DNA of 46,712 nucleotides from Candidatus Izemoplasmatales bacterium (GTDB lineage Bacteria; Bacillota_I; Bacilli_A; Izemoplasmatales; Hujiaoplasmataceae): NCBI GenBank assembly GCA_050177605.1, contig JBFXGX010000003.1, positions 84,006 to 130,717 of the forward strand, read 5' to 3'. Shown piece by piece: positions 46,580 to 46,712 of this stretch (position 1 is its first letter; each line of letters starts with the position of its first letter). The notes under the pieces were generated by a model. It saw only the letters and a program-made list of their open reading frames with translations, ran no database searches and was not told where the DNA came from. The position numbers and the translations under genes were made by a program.

Positions 46580-46594
46580 GTTTGGCCTTTTTTT
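46562..46594. terminator. Bidirectional terminator
   Basis: AAAAAGGCCAAA...TTTGGCCTTTTTTT. Confidence 0.75.
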
Positions 46595-46712
46595 ATTGAA
46601 CACACTGTGCTTTTGAAGTCGGATAAGATTCCTCTGTAATCCTAACCTTAACGATTTCACCAATCAATTTTGGATTACCTTCAAACTGAACTTTGATGTA
46701 ATTCGATGTATG
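46593..46712 (-). CDS. mtaB: C-terminal TRAM region of a tRNA methylthiotransferase, probably MtaB (partial)
   Basis: HTSNYIKVQFEGNPKLIGEIVKVRITE...; position upstream of rpsU matches the Bacillota order. Confidence 0.72.
   Translation of the reverse strand, partial: HTSNYIKVQFEGNPKLIGEIVKVRITEESYPTSKAQCVQ

Noticed and set aside
1..46712. TGA=Trp recoding (Mycoplasma-type code), mobile elements, tRNA/rRNA genes
   Set aside because: Conserved proteins are full length under code 11 and TGA ends genes at the expected positions; no transposase, integrase or structural RNA signature was seen in the short intergenic gaps

Overview
A low-GC, densely coded chromosomal segment with most genes on the minus strand. 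It uses genetic code 11 (TGA is a stop in truB, trmK and plsY). The gene order is a streamlined Bacillota-type order, which suggests an Izemoplasmatales- or Acholeplasmatales-like bacterium (inference only). Most of the window is housekeeping: ribF(part)-truB-trx-mutS2 divergent from rnhC; sodA; a TetR-regulated ABC-2 exporter; rluA-lspA; tcdA-msrA-dCMP deaminase-S16 protease; recJ-apt-rel-dtd-acp-hisS; nadC; parE-parC divergent from plsY; yneF; ferredoxin; degV-fabT; and mtaB(part)-rpsU-phoH-ybeY-cdd-era-recO-glyQS-dnaG-rpoD-trmK-nif3. I saw no rRNA, tRNA, CRISPR array, transposase or prophage. Three short genes are missing from the ORF track: a 44-aa membrane peptide, a 2[4Fe-4S] ferredoxin and rpsU. 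The best candidate for an undescribed system is a full-length Fic-family protein that has lost its catalytic motif. It keeps a C-terminal winged HTH and a clamp-motif-like tail, carries the RBS of a lone nadC in its last codons, has an operator-like inverted repeat upstream, and lies near a ParC ending in QQTLF. Other points of interest are a degV-fabT operon with a FabT-type box, a Cys-rich tail on HisRS, an unexplained terminator just before hisS, and an FG-GAP domain inserted inside an InlB B-repeat. All family assignments come from motif recognition by eye; no database search was run.
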